Shown: positions 55,658 to 64,000 of the stretch, piece after piece
Layout: each line of letters starts with the position of its first letter
How positions within the stretch are numbered: position 1 is the stretch's first letter
Virus record (IMG/VR): IMGVR_UViG_3300030331_006276
Length of the DNA stretch: 64,000 nucleotides
Reading direction: 5' to 3' (one strand)
DNA from: a virus
Program-made: the position numbers and the translations under genes
Notes under the pieces: generated by a model
What the model was told of the DNA's origin: nothing
What the model saw: only the letters and a program-made list of their open reading frames with translations
Databases searched by the model: none

Positions 55658-56756
55658 TAATTAAATCTTCTAATTCAAGTTCATCGGGGATATCTTCTTC
55701 GTTATTGCTATAGGACCATTCCTTACCAATACGTTCTTCAACTTTAGGTAAGATAGTTTCTTCCCAAAGCTTAGTATCCTTTCTCCAATTTTTATAATAA
55801 CCTAACTTAGTACCATCTTCAAGCTGATAAGTTGCGCCAGTTTGAATTACAGCACCTACACCTACAGCCAGATCAACTAAACCATAATATCTATCTAATC
55901 CAGAAGAGAAAGATAAATACATTTCCCCTTCTAAGTATTGCTTAATAAATCTATTCTTACGTGTGAGAGCTCTAATAATAATACCGGAGTATTTTTTCTG
56001 ACCTACAGCTAACTCACCATCAACAGTTTTACCGCCATCAGACTTCATAGGCTTACGTGCAAGTTGTACAGTTACTGACGGTAAATAAATACAAGATTTA
56101 CCTCCTGGCATATTTTTTTCAATAGAAGGAAATAAAGCAGTAGGATCATCATAAACATGATTAGTACATAAGATGGTAGTTTGAGTTACAGAACCTAAAT
56201 TAGTACAAGTTTGCATTAATGTTTTCATAGCTCGAGCTTTTGTACCCATATCTGATGAAGTACTATCTTTATTCATACGATTAAGCTCTAACTCTGATTG
56301 TAGGTTAGCTAAAGAATCAATAGCTACAATAAATTTACCTTCAAGTCCCTTTTCTTTAACGGAAGTAAGGAATTTATAAAGGGAGTTCCTAGCTTGTTCA
56401 ATACTAGTACAAGGAACATATTTTACTTTACTAATATCTAAACCTAATCTTTCCGCACCACCTGGATCGATAGCATTTTCAGTATCAAAGATAACTGGAA
56501 TAAGTCCTTCTTCTTGAGCTTTAGCTAGAATCTTTTGAACAAATAAAGACTTACCAGTCATAGATTCACCAGCAAGCATAGTTACTCTTCCTTTAGGAAT
56601 ACCGCCATTAATAGAACCAGAAATGATAGCATTCAGTACATATGACCCTGTATCAATCCACTCACCGACATGACTTAACGTATTATTATCAAGGTAAGTA
56701 GCGAAAGGGTTAACTTTATCGATAGCGTCTAAAGCACTAGTAATATCTTTATCCAT
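55629..56756 (-). CDS. uvsX: RecA-like recombinase (UvsX)
   Basis: IDTGSYVLNAIISG, AGESMTGKS, FDTENA, IDSL, TNHVY, PGG. Confidence 0.92.
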   Translation of the reverse strand: MDKDITSALDAIDKVNPFATYLDNNTLSHVGEWIDTGSYVLNAIISGSINGGIPKGRVTMLAGESMTGKSLFVQKILAKAQEEGLIPVIFDTENAIDPGGAERLGLDISKVKYVPCTSIEQARNSLYKFLTSVKEKGLEGKFIVAIDSLANLQSELELNRMNKDSTSSDMGTKARAMKTLMQTCTNLGSVTQTTILCTNHVYDDPTALFPSIEKNMPGGKSCIYLPSVTVQLARKPMKSDGGKTVDGELAVGQKKYSGIIIRALTRKNRFIKQYLEGEMYLSFSSGLDRYYGLVDLAVGVGAVIQTGATYQLEDGTKLGYYKNWRKDTKLWEETILPKVEERIGKEWSYSNNEEDIPDELELEDLINDEKISTDS

Positions 56757-56763
56757 ATATAAG

Positions 56764-56791
56764 ATTATATTTTCTTATATATACTTTTCAA
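56764..56791 (-). promoter_or_regulatory. Sigma70-type early promoter
   Basis: TTGAAA-N16-TATAAT, 7 nt before the uvsX ATG. Confidence 0.65.
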
Positions 56792-57082
56792 CTGTTTAAT
56801 TTGTTCCAAAAGATCTAATACATTAGTAACTTTTATTGTATCAGTTTGTATTGTCATGGGATAGTTTAACTGTGTATCAATACGTATACCTTCAACATCA
56901 CATTCTGGAGTTACCATATCATCAACAAAGTCATATAAACCTTGACTCTTAAGATTTTTATAATGGTAATCAATTAACGGTTTAGTTGTTTCAACTACAA
57001 CATTAGCATCAGCCATCATTGTTAAATACCTAAAGTATAGCCCTTCATTTGTTGTTAAATCTGCTATAACTATTAAGTTCAC
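56765..57082 (-). CDS. Hypothetical late protein (start revised to GTG 57082)
   Basis: TAAATA (57088-57093 on -) lies 5 nt before the GTG; the longer ORF-track version would read through a terminator. Confidence 0.55.
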   Translation of the reverse strand: MNLIVIADLTTNEGLYFRYLTMMADANVVVETTKPLIDYHYKNLKSQGLYDFVDDMVTPECDVEGIRIDTQLNYPMTIQTDTIKVTNVLDLLEQIKQLKSIYKKI

Positions 57083-57098
57083 ATAATTATTTATGCAT

Positions 57099-57122
57099 AA
57101 AAAAAGCCCCTTACGGGGCTTT
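57099..57122 (-). terminator. Intrinsic terminator
   Basis: On -: aaagcccc-GTAA-ggggc followed by a T7 tract. Confidence 0.85.
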
Positions 57123-57319
57123 AAAAGGTGGGTGAGAGGATTTTCTGGTAACCTCCAACTTTCAGTGAGCAAGATGCAGTTTCATCTTTTTACCTACTTG
57201 TGCCCTGCTTTTTTACACTTAATAGTCAGTTGACCCTCCATGTACGTTACAGTCCCTTTAACACTCTTGCTTAAAATGTTTATTCAGGCACACCCGGGGT
57301 TGGGCTAGCTAGGCCCATA
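57100..57319 (-). ncRNA. Candidate structured non-coding RNA (family not recognised)
   Basis: ~220-nt intergenic stretch, visibly GC-richer than the genome, with several hairpins; bounded by TATAAT (57326-57331 on -) and the terminator. Confidence 0.4.
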
Positions 57320-57326
57320 TAAATTA

Positions 57327-57737
57327 TTATACCTTATAAGTTTTAATGTATTCTTCTTTTTTTCTTCGAGGTACATCTACCTCGAGAACTCCATTAACGT
57401 AAGAAAATTTAATCTTATTAAGGTCAAACTCTCTCCCTACTGAGAACGATCTATTATAAGTCTGTTCTTTTGCCCCGTCGTGAGTTTTAATTTTGCGTTT
57501 AGCTTTAATATAAACTTCACGTTGATCTGTATCTGTAGAAAGATTTAGATCTTCTTTTATAACTCCCGGTAGATCAATTTGTACACTTAATGTATTTTCG
57601 TCTTGCGAAAAACGAACTTGATCTCCGGTTTTATATACTTCTTCCAGCTGGTGGAAGACTGGTGTCAGATTAAAAAAACCATCAAAGGCTTTTTCGATTT
57701 CTGCGATTGGATTATGTGTGTATCTAGTTAGTTTCAT
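57327..57737 (-). CDS. hsp20: Small heat-shock protein (Hsp20 / alpha-crystallin family)
   Basis: VQIDLPGVIKEDL, YNRSFSV, YVNGVLEVDVPR. Confidence 0.9.
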   Translation of the reverse strand: MKLTRYTHNPIAEIEKAFDGFFNLTPVFHQLEEVYKTGDQVRFSQDENTLSVQIDLPGVIKEDLNLSTDTDQREVYIKAKRKIKTHDGAKEQTYNRSFSVGREFDLNKIKFSYVNGVLEVDVPRRKKEEYIKTYKV

Positions 57738-57775
57738 AGTAAAAATATTTATTACACATTATGTATTTTTTTAAA

Positions 57776-58147
57776 TTAATCGTCAAAAAGCTTAATTACT
57801 TCAGGCTCTTCTTCTTGAGCTGGTTGCTCTTGAATAGGAGGTTGTGGATTATTAATATTTTCATACTGAGTAATAATCCTATCGTCAAGATCAACGTCTG
57901 AAGTACTAATAGCACTCTTAGTAAAGGTCCAATTATTTTTTTCTTTATCTTTTAGAAACTCCATAAAGATATATGGGAAAGATTGAACTTGTAATTGTCC
58001 TGACTGTGCATCTGGCTGTACGTGAATAATTACAGGGTTAAATAAAGTAACTGTTTTTGCATCTTCTTTAGAAACAGTCCCTACAACGGTACGTCCAATA
58101 TGATCGATAATGGTCGTAATTTTTGGTTTTGGTTTTTTATCTGCCAT
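57776..58147 (-). CDS. Hypothetical protein, possible Sm-like beta fold with an acidic tail
   Basis: IDHIGRTVVGTV...TVTLFNPVII pattern; C-terminal EEEPEVIKLFDD. Confidence 0.45.
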   Translation of the reverse strand: MADKKPKPKITTIIDHIGRTVVGTVSKEDAKTVTLFNPVIIHVQPDAQSGQLQVQSFPYIFMEFLKDKEKNNWTFTKSAISTSDVDLDDRIITQYENINNPQPPIQEQPAQEEEPEVIKLFDD

Positions 58148-58181
58148 AATAATATATTAAATTAAATTTTGTAATAATCCA

Positions 58182-58499
58182 CTAACCTTTTTGATAAATT
58201 AGAGTATTTGCTACTTTAATTGCTTCATCAAGTGCTTCTTTTGCCTGCTTAGAAAGATATGTAGATTTATCTGATGCATGTTCTAAAGCATCTCTTAAGA
58301 GAAAAACAGATCTTCTAATTTTTTCAATCTCAGGAGAATTGATAGTTCCGGAACCATTATCAGCTCCTGTAATAACATCTTTAAAAATTGCTAATGTTTC
58401 TAAAATACCAGCAATTTTACCTCGCTTAAAAGCAGGGTGTGCGTTAATGGTATTATCGTCTTGTGGTCTATCTAGATAGCCTCCCGGTTGTACTGCCAT
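58182..58499 (-). CDS. Hypothetical late protein (start revised to MAVQPGG)
   Basis: TAAATA (58508-58513 on -) lies 8 nt before ATG 58499. Confidence 0.55.
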   Translation of the reverse strand: MAVQPGGYLDRPQDDNTINAHPAFKRGKIAGILETLAIFKDVITGADNGSGTINSPEIEKIRRSVFLLRDALEHASDKSTYLSKQAKEALDEAIKVANTLIYQKG

Positions 58500-58506
58500 A
58501 ATAAGC

Positions 58507-61083
58507 TTATTTACTAAACAAGTCAAATAATTCAACCTGTACATTATCAGCTGGTTTTCTAATACTCCAGCCTACACAATCGTAAAATCTTTCTATGCCT
58601 TGAAATAAGATCTTTTCAAACATTTTATCATAATTAATTTTAAACGTTTGTTTAAACTCCGAAGGGTATTCATACTTAAAACCAATACTATCTAATCCGT
58701 ATTTATTAGGCTTTTCAACATACATATAACGAACTTTATCACCTGATCCTAAAGATTCATACTTGTTACCTGTATTAAGTTTATCTAATAGCAAATTATA
58801 AAAATAAGCTGACTTAACATGAATAGGCATACTCTTAACAGTATTAAACTCCCTACAATCTACAGCATACTTTTCATAACCTTTTACACCCATAACAAAA
58901 GCAAGTTCTTCAGGACTTAATTCTTTAAAAATATCATAAGTTTCATTAAGCACTTTATTAGTTTCAGTTAAAGACTGAGTACTTAACATAGTTTCAATAA
59001 TTTTTTTAGCGTACGGCTTAATTGCGTTAGGCATAGTAGTTCGAACTACTTCAACACCTGTATACTTAAATTTATTTTCCTTAATACCTTCATCGTCTAA
59101 GATATGCATTACATATCGTTTTTTCTGTAAGAAGACACCAACGTCAGCAATACATTCACGTTTAAATACAAAGCGACTATCTTTAGATAATAGAGATTTT
59201 TTAGCCCAATCTTGTACCCCGGCATTTAGATAGTCTTCAATTTCTTGTATTTTATTATGAGTATCTTGATGGATATCTTCACCATCTAAAAAGTTCAATC
59301 CTTTTTCAACAAGAGGAGTAATCGATACATATGAAGAGTCGGTATCGTTATAAACAATACATTCTTCTAATTCTTTATCAGATATATCAGGTATTTCCTT
59401 TTTAATAAACTCTTTAATAAGTTCATTCGAATACTTAATAACAGCTTGACCAGTTAACGTTACAGATGAGGCAATATCGTCATCACCAATAGGAGCGTTT
59501 TTATTGCCCATATATCCATAACAAGAATTAATAAGAATCTTAATAACCATCTGCGAAGTATTAAGTCGTTCTACTTCATATTTAGCTTCAATATATTCCG
59601 GAGTATCTTTCTTAAGTTTCTTAAGTTTAGTTTTAGCTTTAAAGAGATCTTCTTTAATCTTTACTCGTTGATTATAGTAATGTTCGAGAAACTCAGGTAT
59701 AATACCTTTTTTCTTTTGTGTAAAAAGGAACCCAGCTTTTGATAACGCACATTCTTCATCTTTAAGAAATTTTACAAATGCAGGTTTATCTAACTCAAAT
59801 ACTTTACCGGCTACATGTTGTATAACAATCTTATCATCAGTAGTTTTTTCAACTCTACCTACTTTAGTTTCCGGCGAAGTATTAAGAGATATCATCACAT
59901 TAGGATATAGGGAGTTAGCATCAAAAGATACTATATGATTCTTAAATCCTTGTTTAGGTTCAGCAACATAAGCACCCGGATTCTTTCCAGTATCAGCATT
60001 ACGTAAAAACGTTGCAATTATCTCCCCTCTTTGTCTACCTCTAATACATAATGCACCGTTAATAACACCAATAGTACCCATAGCACCTTCAAGCGTAGTT
60101 AAGCCTACGTAAGATAACTTTCGCAATAAAGGAAAATATTGCAGTTTATCTTCTAATCGAACGAGCAAATTAACATCTTGAATATTATAGTCAATAAAAG
60201 TATCCCAATCATCTTCCGATAAAGAAGCAAGATTAGTATCACCGTAATCAATCTTTCGTTGCCCGAGCTCTACTTCACCAATAGCGTCAAGTTTATAAGA
60301 CTCTCTTAACTTTAAACAAAACCGTTTATAAACATCTAAATAATCTAAACAAGCTACACCATCAATATAGTAACGTTTTTGATCTTGACCAAACTTACCT
60401 TTAATAGCTCTAAAATGAACTCTACCCAAAGGCGAAAGTCTATTAACATAATCCTGACCTAAGATTCTTTCAATACGGTTAATAATATAAGGTATATCGA
60501 AAAACTCAGAGTTCCAACCACTCAATATATCCGGATAGTCTCTTTCAAGATATTCAATAAATCTAATAAACATCTCACGTTCATCTTTACAATAAACGTA
60601 ATTAAGATTATCAACGCCTTTGCCGTTATATGGTTTAATACCAAATGTATGAAACTTTTTACTAAAATTATCGTAACAAGTTATTACGTTAACAGTATGA
60701 GTAGGATTTTCAGGATCAGGAAACGTATCGGGAGAGTAAGTTTCAATATCTAATAAACACGTTTTAAGAGGATGAGTACTAAATTCCTTTTCTTCATTTT
60801 GCTCCCAATATAAATCTAGTAAAAATTGTTGAGCCGGCGGCATATTTTCAAATACACGCTTTATATTAGAATCGCGTACGAATCTAGATCTATCAAAACT
60901 AGTATTAAATTTACGTTTTTTAACTTTAGTACCATAGATAGACGTTTTATCACCGGCTGCATTTTCAATATATAGATAAGGTTCAAAAGAACACTCATGC
61001 ATTACCCTCTTACCTTCTGTATCCCAGGTAAATAAATTAACACAACGGTTTCTACCGTTATACACTACATTACGATACGACAT
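58507..61083 (-). CDS. gp43: Family B DNA polymerase (gp43-like)
   Basis: Exonuclease motifs DIET, SGWNSEFFD, YNIQD; polymerase motifs SFDANSLYP, KILINSCYG, YNDTDS; no intein seen. Confidence 0.97.
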   Translation of the reverse strand: MSYRNVVYNGRNRCVNLFTWDTEGKRVMHECSFEPYLYIENAAGDKTSIYGTKVKKRKFNTSFDRSRFVRDSNIKRVFENMPPAQQFLLDLYWEQNEEKEFSTHPLKTCLLDIETYSPDTFPDPENPTHTVNVITCYDNFSKKFHTFGIKPYNGKGVDNLNYVYCKDEREMFIRFIEYLERDYPDILSGWNSEFFDIPYIINRIERILGQDYVNRLSPLGRVHFRAIKGKFGQDQKRYYIDGVACLDYLDVYKRFCLKLRESYKLDAIGEVELGQRKIDYGDTNLASLSEDDWDTFIDYNIQDVNLLVRLEDKLQYFPLLRKLSYVGLTTLEGAMGTIGVINGALCIRGRQRGEIIATFLRNADTGKNPGAYVAEPKQGFKNHIVSFDANSLYPNVMISLNTSPETKVGRVEKTTDDKIVIQHVAGKVFELDKPAFVKFLKDEECALSKAGFLFTQKKKGIIPEFLEHYYNQRVKIKEDLFKAKTKLKKLKKDTPEYIEAKYEVERLNTSQMVIKILINSCYGYMGNKNAPIGDDDIASSVTLTGQAVIKYSNELIKEFIKKEIPDISDKELEECIVYNDTDSSYVSITPLVEKGLNFLDGEDIHQDTHNKIQEIEDYLNAGVQDWAKKSLLSKDSRFVFKRECIADVGVFLQKKRYVMHILDDEGIKENKFKYTGVEVVRTTMPNAIKPYAKKIIETMLSTQSLTETNKVLNETYDIFKELSPEELAFVMGVKGYEKYAVDCREFNTVKSMPIHVKSAYFYNLLLDKLNTGNKYESLGSGDKVRYMYVEKPNKYGLDSIGFKYEYPSEFKQTFKINYDKMFEKILFQGIERFYDCVGWSIRKPADNVQVELFDLFSK

Positions 61084-61109
61084 CTACTACTATTATAGTA
61101 GTATAGTTC

Positions 61110-62342
61110 CTAATTCCACTCTTTAAGGAAACGTCTTTCGGAACTTCCATATGGTGTATTTAAAGCTTCAAGATGCGCTCCAATATTAGGATCTAGTTCT
61201 AAAATTCTTTTTTCGCCTATAGCACGAAGTTTATGTACATTTTGCATGTACTTATTTTTCTTATTGGGTCTTAAAATACGTTCTATTTTATCTTCAAATT
61301 CTTCTACTGAACTAAATTTTAAATGATCTGGTGCATTACTATATGTTTCCATATCTTGACATAGACATGGTATACCCAATATACAGCCTTCAATATATTT
61401 AATATCTGATTTTGATCTATTAAAATCATTAACTTGTAATGGTGCCACCATTAATTGTGCTCTTAAACTATTAATAAAATATGGGTATTTTAATAAAGTT
61501 TGCCAGCCATAAAACTCAATTTTTTGCTGTTGTACTAAATCAGCTAACTGCGGAGGAAACGCCCCTACAAAAATCCATTGATATTTGTCAACCGTCTTTC
61601 GAATAAAGTCTCGAACTTCTGATAAATCATCCTTACCACCGGTTTTATTATCAACATCATAATGTGCACCAGATCCTGTATAAAGTATACGTGGCTTCTT
61701 TTTATTTTGATCATAATTTCTTTCTATCTCTCTCGAATTAAAAAGCTGACCCATCCACCCATGAGGTATAAAGTTTGGAATAACAGTAATATTTTGCTGT
61801 CCAGTTTTTTCTTGATATAGCTTTCTCATAAAGTCACAAGTTACAGTAACTTCATCTACCAAATTAATTATATCAACACAATTTTGTCTAATTTCGTCTG
61901 TATCAAAAGCGAATTTAAATTTATTGTAGTCTGGAATAACTTCTTTAAATACTACATCATCAACTTCATATATAATTTTAAAACCATACTCTTGCTGTAC
62001 TTGTTTGAGAAATTTAATAAACGCTAATTGATGTGAAGAAGCTTGTCGTTGTACTTTTACTGTCTTAACTCCTTGATACCATTTAGGATCTGCTACCATA
62101 GCTGTAGTAGATTGTGACATACCATCGCCTCTAGCGTTAATTGTTGCTTCAGGCCAAAGAATTCTCCAATGACCACAACCAGAATAGTCTGCTAGATAAT
62201 TAACATATCTAGGCATATCTGCTTCTGATGGCGCTGGTAGCTTAGGTGTTAAAGGTACACCTGGCATTTGTCCCATAGGGCTAGTAACTGGTGCAGCTTG
62301 TGGTGTAACTATCGGTTGCGGATATGGTGATGGTGATATCAT
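61110..62342 (-). CDS. Glycosyltransferase-like protein (probably GT-B fold) with a Pro-rich N-terminal extension
   Basis: SGCGHWRI..P, IIYEVDD, VTVTCDFM, VIPNF.P, APL...FN..KSDIKYIE..ILG.PCLC; TATAAATA immediately upstream. Confidence 0.8.
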   Translation of the reverse strand: MISPSPYPQPIVTPQAAPVTSPMGQMPGVPLTPKLPAPSEADMPRYVNYLADYSGCGHWRILWPEATINARGDGMSQSTTAMVADPKWYQGVKTVKVQRQASSHQLAFIKFLKQVQQEYGFKIIYEVDDVVFKEVIPDYNKFKFAFDTDEIRQNCVDIINLVDEVTVTCDFMRKLYQEKTGQQNITVIPNFIPHGWMGQLFNSREIERNYDQNKKKPRILYTGSGAHYDVDNKTGGKDDLSEVRDFIRKTVDKYQWIFVGAFPPQLADLVQQQKIEFYGWQTLLKYPYFINSLRAQLMVAPLQVNDFNRSKSDIKYIEGCILGIPCLCQDMETYSNAPDHLKFSSVEEFEDKIERILRPNKKNKYMQNVHKLRAIGEKRILELDPNIGAHLEALNTPYGSSERRFLKEWN

Positions 62343-62356
62343 CTTATTTATATAGT

Positions 62357-64000
62357 TTAAAGTTCTATATAATCTACCCGCTTAGTAATTCCATTCTTTT
62401 TCTCAAGATATACAACATCGCCGGTTACTGCTTTAATAGATTCTTTACGATGAGATATAACTATTGAACACTCATTTAACTCTTCAACTCTATCTTGCAA
62501 TATTTGTGTAATTAGTTCAATTCCTTTTTCATCAAATGATGAATCAAACAACTCATCATATATCGCAATATTATATTGAACACCACCTTGCAATCTTCTT
62601 ATATCTGAAAAAGTAAATAAGCATGCTAAATCAATAGACTTACGCTCTGCTCCAGAAAAATTAAAATATGAACATACTTTATTTTTTTCATTTAGTATTT
62701 CTTCTTCAAAATATTCATTGAAGATACAAATAGAATTCGAATCTAGTCTTTTAAGATAATGCAATAATTTGCTATTTAAAAGTTCCAAAAGCTTATTTAC
62801 AATATAAGATTTAACCCCTTCTTCAGATACAATATACTTAACTATATCAAGCTTAGCTAATTCTTTTCTATATTCTTTAACTCTACCTTGAAGGTTATCA
62901 ACACGCTTTTTAGTTTCAACAATAAGCGTATCAAAGTCTGTTTCTGTTGACTCTATAGCTTCAAGATCACCTTCAAGTTCAACTTGCCACTTATCTAATT
63001 GCTCTAGTCTTTGCTCAATATTAACTTTATTTTGTTCTTGTAGTTTTCCTTCTGATATTCTATTACGACATTCACCAACTGCTTTTAAAAATCTATTTTT
63101 TCTAACTCTTAATTCTTTAAGTCCGTCGGAGTAATATTTAATATCCTCAACTGCTTCATGAATTGCTGCTTTAAGTTTTTCTTTTTCTTGAGCTATTAAT
63201 TCAGCATCGTGTCCTTCCATAGGTCGAAGACATACAGGGCATTTTTCTTCTTCTGTACCCATTTTCTTATATCTTTCTTTCCTCCCAGCAGCTAAAGCTT
63301 TATTACGAGCAACCGCTTCTAGATTACTTTCAATTTTTATATCTTGATCTAAAACTGCTTCTTCTAATGCAGATATTTGACTTTCAACCTTATTAGTATC
63401 TATATCTTCTATTTCATCTAACTGCTCTTCTAACTTTTCTTTTTCAAGATTATTATCTTTTTTGCGACCTAAATATTTTTCTTTTTTATCTTTTCTAGTC
63501 TGTAAGATTTTTTCTTTTTGATCGTTGTAATTTTTATAAGCTTTATCTATTTCTTCTAATTTAGTTAATTGAGTATCATGCTCTCTAGATATCTCATTAT
63601 ACTCATTTCTTAAAGTAGCAAGCATTGTACTAAATACCTCCATTCCAAAAATATCCTCAATAAACTTTCGTTTTTCGATTTTATTTTTAGCCATAAAAGG
63701 AACTGCATTATTTACAGTCATAATAACGCAGTTTTGAAATATAGAAGGTGAAGCACTTAATACACTATTGATATAAGCTGTTGTATTTTTAATGCTATCA
63801 CGCGTTCTATCAACGCCGTCTTTAAAAATTAAAACCTTTGAAGGAGATAATGTACGTATAATTTTATAGCTATTAGTACCTTTAGATGAATCAAGTTCAA
63901 AGTCTAATTCAATATGAGTCTTACCGTTTGTTAAGTTGTTAGGTATAAGGTCTTTTTTTAACTCGCGCAATGTTTCACCAAAAATAGCAAAATATAATGC
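62357..64000 (-). CDS. gp46: Recombination endonuclease subunit (gp46 / Rad50 / SbcC-like ABC ATPase); 5' end lies beyond the window
   Basis: Coiled coil with CPVC zinc hook, signature FSGAERK, Walker B YDELFD, ISH; the frame stays open to the window end (ALYFAIFGET...). Confidence 0.93.
   Translation of the reverse strand, partial: ALYFAIFGETLRELKKDLIPNNLTNGKTHIELDFELDSSKGTNSYKIIRTLSPSKVLIFKDGVDRTRDSIKNTTAYINSVLSASPSIFQNCVIMTVNNAVPFMAKNKIEKRKFIEDIFGMEVFSTMLATLRNEYNEISREHDTQLTKLEEIDKAYKNYNDQKEKILQTRKDKKEKYLGRKKDNNLEKEKLEEQLDEIEDIDTNKVESQISALEEAVLDQDIKIESNLEAVARNKALAAGRKERYKKMGTEEEKCPVCLRPMEGHDAELIAQEKEKLKAAIHEAVEDIKYYSDGLKELRVRKNRFLKAVGECRNRISEGKLQEQNKVNIEQRLEQLDKWQVELEGDLEAIESTETDFDTLIVETKKRVDNLQGRVKEYRKELAKLDIVKYIVSEEGVKSYIVNKLLELLNSKLLHYLKRLDSNSICIFNEYFEEEILNEKNKVCSYFNFSGAERKSIDLACLFTFSDIRRLQGGVQYNIAIYDELFDSSFDEKGIELITQILQDRVEELNECSIVISHRKESIKAVTGDVVYLEKKNGITKRVDYIEL

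Noticed and set aside
57083-57172. N-terminal extension of the 56765 ORF as given in the track
   Set aside because: It spans the terminator and lies upstream of the late box that defines GTG 57082
57123-57319. tRNA, tmRNA, RNase P or ribozyme identity for the GC-rich intergenic region
   Set aside because: No TTCGA T-loop with CCA end, tag-peptide frame, GAGGAAAGUCC or CUGAnGA/GAAA core on either strand; kept only as an unclassified candidate
1561-61083. Inteins or introns in terminase, helicase, UvsX or polymerase; stop-codon reassignment
   Set aside because: These proteins are normal in length with contiguous motifs; genes end in TAA, TAG and TGA without fragmentation under the standard code

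Overview
AT-rich segment (roughly 30% GC by eye) of a T4-like contractile-tailed dsDNA phage genome. There are no host housekeeping genes, tRNAs or CRISPR arrays. Positions ~1.5-42.9 kb are mostly + strand and hold the terminase, the tail, baseplate and fibre genes, and a terminal cassette of an L-type-lectin-like protein, a mucin-like protein and a glycosyltransferase. Positions ~42.9-64 kb are mostly - strand and hold the T4-type replication/recombination genes (gp61, RNase H, gp45, gp32, gp41, UvsX, gp43, gp46), with QueC, a class II amidotransferase, two more glycosyltransferases, a DHH phosphoesterase and Hsp20. Main unusual signals: (1) about 28 TAAATA late-promoter boxes, mostly 5-6 nt before start codons and with no Shine-Dalgarno, implying near-universal leaderless mRNA; (2) the lectin/mucin/glycosyltransferase cassette; (3) a QueC that has lost three of its four Zn ligands, near a free-standing amidotransferase; (4) a GC-richer, structured ~220-nt intergenic unit bounded by a -10 box and a terminator, a candidate ncRNA. 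All product calls rest on motif recognition and synteny by eye; no database searches were run.
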